Origin: Eledone cirrhosa
Lineage: Eukaryota
DNA length: 64,000 nt
Reading direction: 5' to 3'
Assembly: GCA_964016885.1 (NCBI GenBank)
Contig: OZ024740.1
Span: 225,742,001-225,806,000 of the forward strand
The translations under genes and the position numbers were made by a program. Shown piece by piece: positions 1 to 13,168 of the stretch (position 1 is its first letter; each line of letters opens with the position of its first letter). The notes under the pieces were generated by a model. The model was given only the letters and a program-made list of their open reading frames with translations, had not been told where the DNA came from and did no database searches.

Positions 1-405
1 TACCCGTTCCAAAGACCCTCATGTATAGATAAGAAATGTATAACCTGTAAAATAAGCCCCCATATTAACTGTAAAACTAGAAATGTAGTGTATAGCATAA
101 GATGTACTGAAGGACAATGTAGAAACAAAAATATAGTGTACATAGGTGAGACAGCTCGTAGTATAGGGGAACGGATAAATGAACATTGGCGAGACCTTCA
201 AGATAATAAAGAATCATCTGTACTCTACCAACATGCTAAGATAGAACACAAGGGTAAATTAGAGAACATAGAAATAAAAATAGAATCTACACACAGAAAA
301 GATGCAATGTTTAGACAAATTACAGAGGCAATAAACATAAAAGAATTACAACCAAAATTAAATAGGAAATATGAGTGGAACAGCAACATCACAACTTACA
401 ATTAA
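1..405 (+). CDS. Penelope-like element GIY-YIG endonuclease C-terminus (5'-partial, open from window start)
   Basis: Frame 1 reads [70 protein letters not shown]: Cys cluster, VY/YIG, R, H, E and LN motifs of PLE GIY-YIG. Homologous to 40956-41549. Confidence 0.88.
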   Translation, partial: YPFQRPSCIDKKCITCKISPHINCKTRNVVYSIRCTEGQCRNKNIVYIGETARSIGERINEHWRDLQDNKESSVLYQHAKIEHKGKLENIEIKIESTHRKDAMFRQITEAINIKELQPKLNRKYEWNSNITTYN

Positions 406-607
406 GGACAAAATGAAAACACACACACACATAGAACAAACAACCAACCAATAACATGTAAATAAATAAACAAATAGATAAATGAACACAAACACACACA
501 GACACCCGGATGTGGCGCATGCGCAAACTGAGCACACAACACACACAGAAACAAAATGGCGTAGGACAGAAGAAAGAAAAGGCACAGAAACAAAGAAAGG
601 AATCCCC

Positions 608-652
608 AGTCACTGAAGAGGTCACAGAGTGTGTGACGAAAGGACTATGACT
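608..652 (+). ncRNA. Minimal type I hammerhead ribozyme (PLE-associated)
   Basis: Stem I AGTCA/TGACT; core CTGAAGA (613-619); stem II GTCACA/TGTGAC; GAAA (638-641); minimal stem III; CUA cleavage triplet. Confidence 0.8.
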
Positions 653-743
653 ATATATAAACAAATATCTGGTTGTGGAACCAACCAACCAACCAGAAAT
701 TTATAAATTTGTAGATTTGTAGATTTATAAATTTATAAATATA

Positions 744-1702
744 CTAGCAGTAAAGCCCGGCGTTGCTCGGGGTCGCTCAGTAGCTGTGTTAAAGTTACAA
801 TGTTAAGTTTCTTTTTTGGCTTAAAAACTGTAGTGTCTACTGTGCAGACTTGCATGTGGTGTTTTTGATTAATATTCCCTCAACCAACAATATGCCTTAT
901 GAAGTTAAGAAAACATAACGATAACCCGAATGTTATAACAAAAGAGGATGCTGGGGATAAAAACTGCACTGGTTATTTATTAACAAAGATCGAAAATGTA
1001 AACACTGCAACGCAGAGAAAAACATTAGCGTAACCAAATTATCAGTTATGTCTGTCTGCACGCCTATATCACCTCTCTGCACGACTGTCTGTCTGCACGC
1101 CTATATCACCTCTCTGCACGACTATCTGTCTGCACGCGTATATCACCTCTCTGCACGACTGTCTGTCTGCACGACTGTCTGTCTGCACGTCTAACGAAAT
1201 TTACAGATACATATATTTTAAATAAACTTATATAATTTTTGCTTTTTTTTACGAAATATTTGCTTGTTTTACGTAGTCTTTAAATAGACTTGTTTTCAAG
1301 TAAAAATATTGTTTTAAAAGGCTTTTAAATGGAAATGAAGCAAAACGGAAGCTTAGTGTTCGAACTGATGAATTTTGCAGGTCAAAATTTTGCTGGCTCG
1401 ACAACTGTTCGTGTATTGTGTTAATGTCATTTTAAACGCTGAGAAAGCCAGCGTAAAACGTAAGACGCTCAATGTAAACAGAACAAAGGGAAATAACTCG
1501 TCACTTACGCTCAAAAATCGATACATTAGATTAGGTTTCGTCACATAGGGTGGGTCAATTTGAAATATTTTTTTCCGATGTCTTCGCTAGGGCTCAATGT
1601 ACAAGTATAGCAATTTCGGTGCAATTCCGTCAGAGATTCTAAGAGGAGATGTGTGCCAAAAATCGATAGACAGACAGACAACCACAGCTTTATATATATA
1701 GA
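744..1702 (-). mobile_element. Non-autonomous Helitron
   Basis: Minus strand begins TCTATATATATAAAGCTGTGGTTGTCTGTCTG and ends with hairpin CCCGAGCAACGCCGGG + CTAG. Inserted between A and T with no TSD. Confidence 0.8.
1048..1190. repeat. ~37-bp tandem repeat inside Helitron
   Basis: TGTCTGTCTGCACGCCTATATCACCTCTCTGCACGAC, about 3 copies plus partials. Confidence 0.85.
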
Positions 1703-1769
1703 TAATAAATTGAAGTGAAAGCAACTGGTGCGTGTGTTTCTTATTGGCAACATGACCCTCCCAAATTAT

Positions 1770-1775
<6 letters not shown>

Positions 1776-1810
<35 letters not shown>

Positions 1811-2034
1811 AAATATATATATATATATATAAGAAATATATATATATATATATAAGAAATATATATATATATAAGAAATATATATATATATATATAAGAA
1901 ATATATATATATATATATAAGAAATATATATATATATATATAAGAAATATATATATATATAAGAAATATATATATATATATATAGGAAATATATATATAT
2001 ATATAGGAAATATATATATATATATATATATAGG

Positions 2035-2068
<34 letters not shown>
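1776..2068. repeat. Compound microsatellite (TA)n-AGAAA/GGAAA
   Basis: Variable-length TA runs punctuated by AGAAA then GGAAA. Similar arrays at ~5490-5835, 6040-6350, 7460-7870, 8055-8215. Confidence 0.9.
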
Positions 2069-2069
<1 letters not shown>

Positions 2070-2201
2070 AATTAGCCGTCGAAACGCCTTGAGCTCAGCC
2101 GTCGGGGTCCTACTCGTTCCTATTACCTACTCTATTACCCTAAGTATTGAGTAGTTTGGTGCGTTATGGTCCACCTGGTTCCTTACCACATTTCCTTCGT
2201 T
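2069..2201 (+). mobile_element. Short (TA)n-inserted element family H1 carrying the 3' half of a hammerhead
   Basis: GAATTAGCCGTC-GAAA-CGCCTTGAGCTCAGCCG-TC-GGGGTC ... CCACATTTCCTTCGTT. Related copies at 8215-8419, 15670-15867, 48036-48236. Confidence 0.75.
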
Positions 2202-2244
2202 ATATATATATATATATATAGGAAATATATATATATATGTATAT

Positions 2245-2731
2245 TCATTACGTGGTTTTGATTTTGCGTGTTATTGTTCTCCACGCTCCACATATGACGT
2301 ATTATCTTCGTTCTTTTCGTTCATTGCCAGAGAACGTCTCTATGAACCACCTAAGAGAACATTAGTCTACGACCTCTTTTATACCATAAACGTGGTTCTT
2401 TCTTTGCGCGTAATTGTTTTTCACCGCTCCTATTAATGACGTATTATATTCGTTTTTTCCCGTTCTTTGCCAGCGAATGTTTCCACGAACCAAAGTATCG
2501 TCTTCCTGTCTCCCTCCGGTTGCAACGTTTTTTGAAATATCGACTTCTGCGTTTACAGATTGACTTTGTTAGTTTCAGAAGATCCCGTTAAGGGTGAAAG
2601 CAGCGATTCTTTGCCTAAACTTTAATCTGTTATTTTAATAAATATTTGCTCTACGGTTCTTATATATTTGATATATATTTATCCTTATCGAGCCCTCTTT
2701 GGATTTTAATGTTCAAATTTATTATTATTAC
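2245..2731 (+). mobile_element. PLE-like non-coding 3' end with internal ~140-bp duplication and degenerate HHR
   Basis: Blocks near 2249 and 2390 are similar. HHR-like motif at 2571-2621. The 3' end recurs at 5582-5690. Confidence 0.6.
2571..2621 (+). ncRNA. Degenerate type I hammerhead
   Basis: AGTTT/AAACT stem I; CAGAAGA (mutated core); CCC/GGG stem II; GAAA; GCA/TGC stem III; cleavage site mutated. Confidence 0.45.
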
Positions 2732-2816
2732 TATATATATGTATATATATATAGGAAATGTATATATATAGGAAACATATATATATATATAGAGGAAATA
2801 TATATATATATATATG

Positions 2817-3204
2817 TATTACAAAATACACTATATATACATTCATATATATATCGCTATTTCAGAGCACCAATTCTAATTTTCAATTTCTGCTTGACCG
2901 GCAACCGCTCTGTATAACCAGTTCCTGATTATTACTAGAATTCTATAAGAATCAAACATTCATGATTTTCAGCGAACAGGAGGAGTAGTTAGCTTTGATA
3001 AGTACCTAAAAGTGCGAAACAGGGCCCTGTCAGCTTTATCTCCCCTGTTTGCTGAAAATTAAAGTAAGTGAGATTGTCACTACTCTAAAACAATAGCGTA
3101 AAGTCTTCGAAATGCTTTTAATTAAGCATAGAGTGTATTGCAAAATACACTATATATACATTGCTATATATATCGCTATTTCAGAGCGCCAATTCTAATT
3201 TTCA
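2817..3204 (+). mobile_element. Terminally redundant ~319-nt HHR element (retrozyme-like)
   Basis: Direct repeats at 2817-2885 and 3136-3204 flank a full HHR. Embedded in (TA)n. Confidence 0.75.
2965..3059 (+). ncRNA. Type I hammerhead with U3-A8 core variant and extended stem I
   Basis: AGCT TTGATAA GTAC CTAAAA GTGC GAAA CAGGGCCCTG TC AGCT (2991-3035). Distal stem I ATTTTCAGCGAACAGG / CCTGTTTGCTGAAAAT. Confidence 0.85.
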
Positions 3205-3323
3205 TATATATATATATATATACAAAATTTCAAGTTATCAATAATGTAGTGATAATATATCGTCACGTTAGAGATGAACAGCGTACGTGTAGGTTTGCTC
3301 AACGTGTATAAATTATATTCCGG

Positions 3324-5467
3324 AGATGAATATAAAATGAAAGTGCTTTTATAAATGAATTTATTAATTATTGACATATGTTTCTGTAACAGACGGAATA
3401 CCTATGTATCGCTGTTTGCGTAATCATATAATGTTAACAAGTATTCGATAGCAAATGTATAAATCAGTTGTTACTTCTTCAGAGATATTGGATAAATTGG
3501 AAAAAAATCAGAAAAATCAAAGTATTTATATTAGTTGTAAGAAAGGAAGAAGAGAAGGAATAGTATATGACAGATGGCAATTCAATTTGCTGGTAAACAA
3601 GTATATAGAAGGTTTTAATGAGAATACAGGATGCGTAAAAATATTAGAAAACTTTTTAAGGAACTAGGATTAAATATTACGTTTGAATATAACCTCAAAG
3701 AGGTTAATTTCCTCGATGTTACTTTGAATATCAATACAGAAACGATTAAACCGTTCCATAAACTAAATGAGAACCTTAAATATGTAAATACGGGTTCTAA
3801 CCATCCACCCTCTATAATTAAATCCATCCCTAGAAATATTTCCCTTCGAATCTCCCGCCTGTCGTCCAACCAGCAAACCTTCAAGGAACATGCCGAATAT
3901 TATGATGATGCACTTAGGAAGGTTGGACACCTAGATAATATAGAGTATATAGTCGAGGATCACCAAAACACCCAAAATAAATCTCAGAGAGGTAGAAATA
4001 GCATAGAATCACCACCATACATACATTACCGCAATAGACACACTAATAGTCGCACACAACCAAACAGAAGGCGATGTAAGGAGTATATATGGTACAACCC
4101 GGTCTATAACAACTCTATTAAAACCAAACTACCCTCACAATTCTTTCGATTAGTTAAAAAACATTTTCCAACATCACATAAATATAATAAAATCTTAAAC
4201 CCTAACACTATTCGACTTTCATATTCAACCATCCCTAATATTGAACAACATATAAAAAAGCTTAACGCAAAACGGTTGTATAAACGCCTTCCAACACATA
4301 ACAATACACGTAAAACATCGGCTATAACATCACAAAACAACAAACAACATCCCGTCCTGCCTAAGCAACCTCATCAACCCATCCATGGCAATACAACAAC
4401 GCATAATTATAACTGTAACTCTGTCCTACCAGGAATGTGTCCGTTGAACAATCAGTGTCTTGAACGCAACATCATATTCAAATGTACTATCGAATCGGGT
4501 TGCCAGAAGTGGTACTATGTGGGGTCTACAGCTACCTCCTTCAAATCTCGCCTTTATAGACATCATTACTCGATAAAACATGAAAACCAGCGTTATGTAA
4601 CAACACTCGCAGACAAGGCTTGGCAGCTGCGCGAAAAAAACCAACAGTTTTACCTAAAATGGGATATAATAGCATTGCCCCTTCATATTCCAAGGACAGG
4701 AATTTTGTAAATTGGTGTAATATGGAAATATTTTGTATTATGAAATCCAAAAATATTTTATTAAATAACAGAATAGAGCGATCGTTATACTGTAACCATC
4801 GCTTGAAATCTACATTTTCATATTACAAAGGCTACCAGGATTGAACGCATGTCTCTATCTCCGTTTGATTGTCAAAATACATATTAACATTCTCTATTAG
4901 TCTTAAATCTATCAACTCTTCTATCCTTTACCGTTTAATATAAACTGCTATAAATAAAATGAGATTTCTTAATTCAATTCCCTAATGCATATACCAGCAG
5001 GCTACCAGCATTGTTGTTATACAGTAACAGTGAAAACCTCTCTCTCTTCCTTACTGGACACTTTATATCTGTATTCAAAACGATCAGCCCTGTCCATTGT
5101 TCAATTGGTCAAATATAGATTAAAATAGGCACTCACAAAAATTCTTATTTAGATAAGATAAGCCATATACTCATTGCATTCTCATTAAAAACCTTCTATA
5201 TACTTGTTTACCAGCAAATTGAATTGCCATTTGTCATATACTATCCCATCTCTTCTTCCTTTCTTACAACTAATAGAAATACTTAAATTTTTCTGATTTT
5301 TTCCAATTTATCCAATATCTCTGAAGAAGTGACAATTTGCTATCGAATACTTGCTAACATTATATGATTACGCAAGCAGCGATACATAGGTATTCCGTCT
5401 GTTACAGAAACATATGTCAATACCTAATAAATTCCTTTATAAAAGCACTTTCATTTTCTATTCATCT
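3324..5467 (+). mobile_element. 5'-truncated Penelope-like element with inverted pseudo-LTR
   Basis: 3324-3625 is the diverged reverse complement of 5178-5467. The two arms enclose the RT-thumb/EN ORF. Confidence 0.88.
3631..4844 (+). pseudogene. PLE RT C-terminus/thumb + GIY-YIG endonuclease (frameshift near 4670)
   Basis: NFLDVTL, SNHPP, WYNP, LSYS, CPLNNQC, IIF..YYVGST..FKSRLYRH. The end continues in ORF 4620-4844 (SYS..WCNME..LLNNR..CNH). Confidence 0.88.
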
Positions 5468-5493
5468 TTTCTCTCTCTCTCTATATATATAGG

Positions 5494-5536
<43 letters not shown>

Positions 5537-5581
5537 AAATATATATACATATATATAGGAAATATATATATATATATATAT

Positions 5582-5690
5582 ATTTATTAAAATAACAGAT
5601 TAATTTGCTCTACGGTTCTTATATATTTGATATATATTTTCCTTATCGAGCCCTCTTTGGATTTTAGTCTTCAATTTTATTATTATTACT
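5582..5690 (+). mobile_element. Truncated copy of the 2622-2731 3' end with a 22-nt 5' inversion
   Basis: ATTTATTAAAATAACAGATTAA is the reverse complement of TTAATCTGTTATTTTAATAAAT at 2622. The remainder is colinear. Confidence 0.75.
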
Positions 5691-5838
5691 ATATATATAT
5701 ATATATATATAGGAAATATATATATATATATATATATATAGGAAATATATATATATATATAGGAAATATATATATATAGGGAATATATATATATGGTGAA
5801 TATATATATATATATAGAAAATATATATATATATATAA

Positions 5839-6030
5839 GTTTTAATATAGATGAGATTCTACAGGACTAGAACTGTTTCATTCTTTAGAAATCATAAGGA
5901 ATTCCTGATGATTTCTAAAGAATGAAACAGTTCTAGTCCTGTAGAATCTCATCTATATTAAAATGTTATACTCTGCTATATATTGAGTACCTTACTTACT
6001 GTGGTTACCTCCGATTCTACCCGGAATAAC
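5839..6030 (+). mobile_element. HHR element family H2 with 5' inverted duplication
   Basis: 5839-5899 is the reverse complement of 5903-5963. Second copy at 7329-7460. Both lie in (TA)n. Confidence 0.85.
5901..5947 (+). ncRNA. Type I hammerhead ribozyme
   Basis: ATTC CTGATGA TTTC TAAA GAAT GAAA CAG TTCTAGTC CTG TA GAAT; GUA cleavage triplet. Confidence 0.82.
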
Positions 6031-6033
6031 TTA

Positions 6034-6161
<128 letters not shown>

Positions 6162-6186
6162 AAATATCTATATATCTATATATAGG

Positions 6187-6219
<33 letters not shown>

Positions 6220-6594
6220 AAATATATATATATATATATATATAGGAAATATATATATATATATATAGGAAATATATATATATATAGGAAATATATATGT
6301 ATATATAGGAAATATATATATATATAGGAAGTATATATATATAGGAAATATATATATGTATGCATTTTATATGTGTATGTGTGTGTATTTTATATATATA
6401 TATATATATATATGTATATGTATGTATTTTATATATATATATGTGTAAGTATATTTTATGTGTATATATATTTTTTTTATGTATGTATATATATTTTATA
6501 TATATATATATAGTTTATATGTATATATATTTTATGTGCGTATATGTATTTTATATATATATATATGTACTTGTGCGTACATATATATACACAC

Positions 6595-7296
6595 CTGTAT
6601 GGATTTGTGTGTGTTGATGTGTGTGTGTCTGAGGGGGTAGGTGTGAGTGTATGTACAAGTCAACCAACATAAGACTTTTATTTCTAAATTTTCTAAACTT
6701 TCTAAGTATTTGACTCTAACCATTATTTTAAGTATAACCACCCCACATTAATTCCTCAAATTGTATGTATGGATGTGTGTGTGTGTGTCTGTGGAGGTGG
6801 GTGTGAGTGTACGTGAAAGCCAACCTTCATTCGTCTTTTTATTTGTAAATGTTATACTCTAACCATAATTTTCAGTAGCACCACTCCACATAAAATCCTC
6901 AATTTATGAATGACCTGTAGTATCTATTTCATACTACTAACCTTAAATGAATATATATCTGACCAGGAATGCTTTTTGTGAAAATCAGTCATATGGAACT
7001 ATTGTCATCTTGCCTGACGGTTTGAACTTGACAACACCATCTGCCCCTTTGAGGTCAAATACCAACCCTACTAGCAGCTACAAACTGACCAATGAGAATT
7101 AAGACTATTCCTGCTGACAACATTAAATTATTCCTAACAAGCTCATAAGTCCCAAGGCTCTGATACCATCAACATTATAAACACAGAGCTGGCATATCTA
7201 AGAACTGACTAACTGCCTGATGAGGTCATAGCCATTCAATGGCTATCATCGAAATAAAGGATTATGAGTTCATGCAATTGACGTATGTTTCGTCAC
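6595..7296 (+). mobile_element. PLE-like non-coding 3' region with ~170-bp tandem duplication and degenerate HHR (7211-7279)
   Basis: Two similar GT-rich units starting near 6595 and 6765. CTGATGA (7217) + ATAGCCAT/ATGGCTAT stem + GAAA (7251). Ends at (TA)n. Confidence 0.55.
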
Positions 7297-7328
7297 TATA
7301 TATATATATAGGAAATATATATATATAT

Positions 7329-7377
7329 GATTCCTGATGATTTCTAATGAATGAAACAGTTCTAGTCCTGTAGAATC
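7329..7377 (+). ncRNA. Type I hammerhead ribozyme (H2 copy 2)
   Basis: GATTC CTGATGA TTTC TAAT GAAT GAAA CAG..CTG TA GAATC. The element continues to 7460. Confidence 0.82.
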
Positions 7378-7489
7378 TCATCTATATTAAAACTGTTATA
7401 CTCTGCTATGTATTGAGTACCTTACTTACTGTGGTTACCTCCGATTCAACCCGGAATAACGTATATATATATATATATATATATATATA

Positions 7490-7538
<49 letters not shown>

Positions 7539-7811
7539 ATATATATATATATATATATAGGATATATATATATATATATATAGGATATATATATATATAT
7601 ATATAGGATATATATATATATATATAGGATATATATATATATATATATAGGAAATATATATATATATATAGGAAATATATATATATATATAGGATATATA
7701 TATATATATAGGAAATATATATATATATATAGGAAATATATATATATATAGGAAATATATATATATATAGGAAATATATATATATATATAGGAAATATAT
7801 ATATATATAGG

Positions 7812-7862
<51 letters not shown>

Positions 7863-8055
7863 TATATTTCCTATAGAGATATATTTTAACTTTAATTATA
7901 TCTCATAAAATAATACAACTGGCTTTCCACAAAATACATATCGTTAGCACCCCAAACACATAAATTGGGTTATACTAACATATAACCTAATGTTCGTTGT
8001 GTGAGATGGTTGCCAGTCGGAGTTTAGCGTTAAGCTATCTCGGTTATTGTATTAA

Positions 8056-8124
<69 letters not shown>

Positions 8125-8176
8125 AAATATATATATATATATATATATAGGAAATATATATATATATATATATAGG

Positions 8177-8213
<37 letters not shown>

Positions 8214-8214
8214 A

Positions 8215-8416
8215 AATGAGTCGGGATCGCCGACGGTTGAGCTCAGGCGTTTCGGACGCTTGGTCCGAACTCAGATTTCAATTCGCATCTAGCCGTCGAA
8301 ACGGCTGGTTCTCAGCAGTCGGGGTCATGACTCTTTTCCTATTACCAGCTCTACTACCCTACGCATTGATTACGCTGGTTCGCTATGGTCCACCTGGTAT
8401 CTTACCACACCCTCTT

Positions 8417-8419
<3 letters not shown>
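8215..8419 (+). mobile_element. Diverged H1 copy with inverted 5' segment
   Basis: TAGCCGTCGAAACGGCTGG..GTCGGGGTC..GGTCCACCTGG, preceded by inverted CCGACGGTTGAGCTCAGGCGTTTCG. Confidence 0.65.
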
Positions 8420-8511
<92 letters not shown>

Positions 8512-9056
8512 TGCATATATATATATATATATATATATGCAAACAGAAATAACAAAGGAAACGGTACCGTTCAATGAAGAAATATATTAGTTAACCGCTC
8601 AACACATTAGGAAAGGTGCCTTAGTGTCTTAACGCTATAGGCATTCATTCTTCATCAGTAAATAGAACAAGAAATAGATGAAATAGAAAGAGAGAGAATG
8701 AGAAGAGGAAGGAACGGATAAAACGTATTTTTAAGAAAAACCACGTGTGTAATGAGATAGAAATTTTGACGAAAAATATATATAGAATAAAGTGCCCTGC
8801 AATGTACCGCCCTAACCGGGTATATATATATATGCACAAATATAAATTCACCGAGAATCGCATTTCGGTGGGTAGAAATAGCGAAAGGTAAAGCAAATTC
8901 CGAGTCATGCTGGCAAGCGCTCCATGGGCTAAAAGACCAGAGCAATAAACATAGGTTATAAAGGCCATACAGACTGAGAAGGCGGTCAAGAAGCCACAAA
9001 CCACCTAAGCCAAAAAACAAGTCAAGCTAAACAGATCAGAAAAAATAAATGTCATA

Positions 9057-9120
<64 letters not shown>

Positions 9121-10812
9121 TATAATTATACATACACTATCTAAACCACAAGTAGAACGAATTGGCTAAATCCGTACTCTAATAAATATCTATATTAAAA
9201 AATTACTTTGATTCATTAAAACGACCCACATAATTAATAATTAAAAAATAGATAGTGGGATTTAATAATTAAGATGACTTGACACTACATGTACAGTTAA
9301 AAATTGAAAGAAACCTGTATAAAACTATATTAATAATGACACAAATATAATAGAAATTTTCTTCACCCACTTGTTCCTGAGTGGGGGCAGAGTCCACAAT
9401 CATTCCTTCCAACCGGTCTTGTCAGAAGTAACCGTTTCCAACTGATCCGGCTGGATCTCCAAACGAGACCAGCCAATCTCATGGATGTTAGCCAACCATC
9501 TTTCTATCGGCTGGCTCGGCCGAAAAATAGAATTAAGTTGTTCGCTTTAACATAGCGATATACATTTACGTATGCGTATATTGTATATCTCGCGATATAC
9601 TGTATGTATATGAATAAACATGTTGAAAGCCTTCAGCAATGAATTTGGAAACAGATGATATAGTGCCACCTAGCGGATTCCAGCAGAAGCAAAGAGTGGA
9701 GAGTAACTGACGTCGACGTCTTTTCTGACTCTCGTCGTTATCAAGCCAGTGCTCCCTCACTCTGTTATATTCTGGAACTCAATATAGGCGAAAAGATAGT
9801 TTTGACACCTATGTACATGGGCTGATTAGCTTCATTTGTATATAAAGCTATCGGCTGGCTCGGCCGGATAATAGTCTGCTCAGTTAGGCCTGCCGTACCT
9901 TGCTCATATGGGACCGTAGTGTGGGACTGAATGGGCACATTTCCGAGGCAAGTCTGACCAGTTTCCCGCGCCGTACCTTGCTCATATGGGTTTGCGTCGT
10001 GGCTAGATTTCTATAGCTCTTGCGTGTCCTTCCTGGCAGTAACCACTTTTAGAGTGTGGGACTGAGTGGGCACATTTGTGGGACTAGTCTGGCGAGTTGA
10101 TCACGCCTTACGTAGCCCATATGTGTGTATATATATGTGTGTGTGTGTACGTTTGTGTGTGCGCGCGTGTATATATATAAAACGAGTTTAAGTGTGTTAA
10201 ACATTCTTTAGCACTAAATATGAACAACTTTAGAAAACTTTTTAAAAATTGGGTTAAAAATAAAACGAATAACTAGAAATAAATGTATTCAATAATAAGT
10301 TGTTTTTCTTCTCTTCCCATTTCATTTTCACCGGAAAATATCCGCAATCATTCATTCAAATATACAACAACTTAATGAGTTCTTTTTTCTTGGTATGTTT
10401 TTTCCTGGGAATTTTGTTTTTGTTTTTTTCCTCTCAACTCTTGTACCAATCCAAATCGGCAGCCGAACTGTCATCTGGTCGAATTGAAACAAAACAGCAC
10501 AGAACATTAACGAAAATAAATGACAAAGATAGATGCAAAACAACTTGAATCTCATTGGTCTTGCAGCAAAGTAGACAGAAGAAAAAAAAACGTTTTATTT
10601 TATTTTACTTTTTACCTCACAGAGGCCTTACCTATAGCCCCATGCTGATTCAATCTGCCTTCAGCCATCAGCCATCAAGGTTACATTGTGTCACCGATGA
10701 AATTGAAAGAGCTATACACGGTCGAGGGTGGAATAGCGTTCAGATATCTCAAATATTCCATCAAATGAAATGTACATTTATGTACATTATCTGCATATAC
10801 ATACATACATAC

Positions 10813-10854
<42 letters not shown>

Positions 10855-10855
10855 G

Positions 10856-10949
<94 letters not shown>

Positions 10950-11089
10950 TATGCATGTGAGTATATATATATATATATATATGCATGTGAGTATATATAC
11001 ATATATATATATATGTATGTATATATATATGTATATATATGTATATATATATATATATGTATATATATATACTCACATGCATACATATA

Positions 11090-11144
<55 letters not shown>

Positions 11145-11325
11145 TCACATGCATACACATATATATATATATGTATGCATGTGAGTATATATATATGTAT
11201 GTATGTATATATATATATATATATATATGTATGCATGTGAGTATATATATATATGTATGCATGTGAGTATATATGTGTATGCATGTGAGTATATATATAT
11301 ATTTCTGTGTGTACGCTTGTTTGTG

Positions 11326-11361
<36 letters not shown>

Positions 11362-11363
11362 AG

Positions 11364-11417
<54 letters not shown>

Positions 11418-11694
11418 CTCACATGCATACACATGTATAAATACATACATACTCATGTAAAATACATACATATGGACTTTTGAGTGAATACTTGAGATAA
11501 CTGAGTTTTTCGTCACCCACTTCTCGTCTTTTCGTACATTTCTTTAAATTTCCATTAAACCCTACCACACCTAATGGGAATATATATATGTGTACGTGTG
11601 TGTGTGTATATATGTGTGTGTGTGTGTATGTATATGTGTGTGTGTGTATGTATATGTGTGTGTATATAAATGTATATATATATATATGTATATA

Positions 11695-11746
<52 letters not shown>

Positions 11747-12701
11747 TATATATATATATATACATAGTCATATAAGTATATTTACGCGTATATAGATATA
11801 TGTACGTATATATGTATGTAAGTATGTATACATATGTTTGCGTGTTTAAATATAGACATGCTTGCATTGAAAGTGAGCATATATTAAAGAGAATGATACA
11901 TACAATAGACGCACACATACATACATACACACATACATACATATGTACACACATACATACGCAGATGGTAAGTTTATTTACATGTTTTGGCTACTTTTAG
12001 TCTGTCACCAGATTCAGCATCACCGACGTGTTGTGTACAATGTCACTTAATGAAGATAAAAGTGACATAACTATGTCGTACCTTCTAATTCAGAGAGAAT
12101 GCTACATAGCCTTCTATATAATTTAAGGAATTTGCCACTCTTAAATAGTTCTTTTTCCTTGCTCGATTCATATCCCCCGCAAGGCAGGCAGGCAGAACTT
12201 GACAAAGAACTGAAGTTTTGTATGGGGCCTGTTAAAGAAAAGAAAAAATAAGATTCATCATAAACCAGCTTTTTTGGTATTGGATATCTATATGTAATAT
12301 TAGAAAAAAATACTTTTATCATCATCAACAGCAGCATGATTTTGAAAGAATATGGAGCAACCTATTTTTCTGCCTTATTTTGAAATTGCTGAAATGGGCC
12401 TGAACAGCATGTTCCTACTATGTTTACAACTACTTGCTAATTTCCTTTCTTGAAATATTTCTTATGGCATTTCTTCCCCTCCTTTGCCACAAACACACAC
12501 ACACACAAGCACAGGCACACGCACAAGCATACTGACTAACTCGCAAACACATTCACGCACACTAACTCGCATACACATTCACGCACAACGAACACGAACA
12601 CACTTACAGGCACACTAACTCGCATACACATTCACGTACACGAATGTGCGACACATGCACACGAACAGACAGACACACGCACATACACACACACACACAC
12701 T

Positions 12702-12757
<56 letters not shown>

Positions 12758-13168
12758 TATATCTATATGTATATATATATACACACACACAGGCACATGC
12801 TCACGTGTCTTCTTAGTAACAGTATAGTGAGCTTTATTGCGGTGTTGTCTTTCTATGTGTTTAAGTTTGTTTAGGATATATTTTTTCTGGCGAGTTTCAG
12901 GTTGACTCTTGTATTTGTGTGGTGGTTCCTTGTTGGTTAGTCTTTGTGGTATTCGTTACTGACTTTTGTCAGTTAGGGTTGAGATAGAATTATATCTATA
13001 TAATAGCATCATGTCTCTGATACTGCGTAAACTGAGAGCCCCTTTGAAAGGTTTCTGGAACGAAAGGTTTCTCTCTTCATATAATTAGATGCAGTTTTAG
13101 TATAGTTAAGGCTTTAATTGAGAGAGGGCAGGAATGGTTTTCTTCTTTTTTAAAGTATGTTTAATATA

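Larger units (their letters stand above)
1..1775 (+). mobile_element. PLE 3' end/pseudo-LTR interrupted by a Helitron, ending at (TA)n
   Basis: EN ORF, A-rich UTR and HHR at 608-652. The tail at 1703-1775 (..TGGCAA..ATGACCCTCCC..ACAAT) matches the tail of the sister copy at 41950-42020. Confidence 0.75.

Noticed and set aside
8620-8662. Minus-strand CTGATGA hammerhead candidate
   Set aside because: GAAA and stems are too degraded to call.
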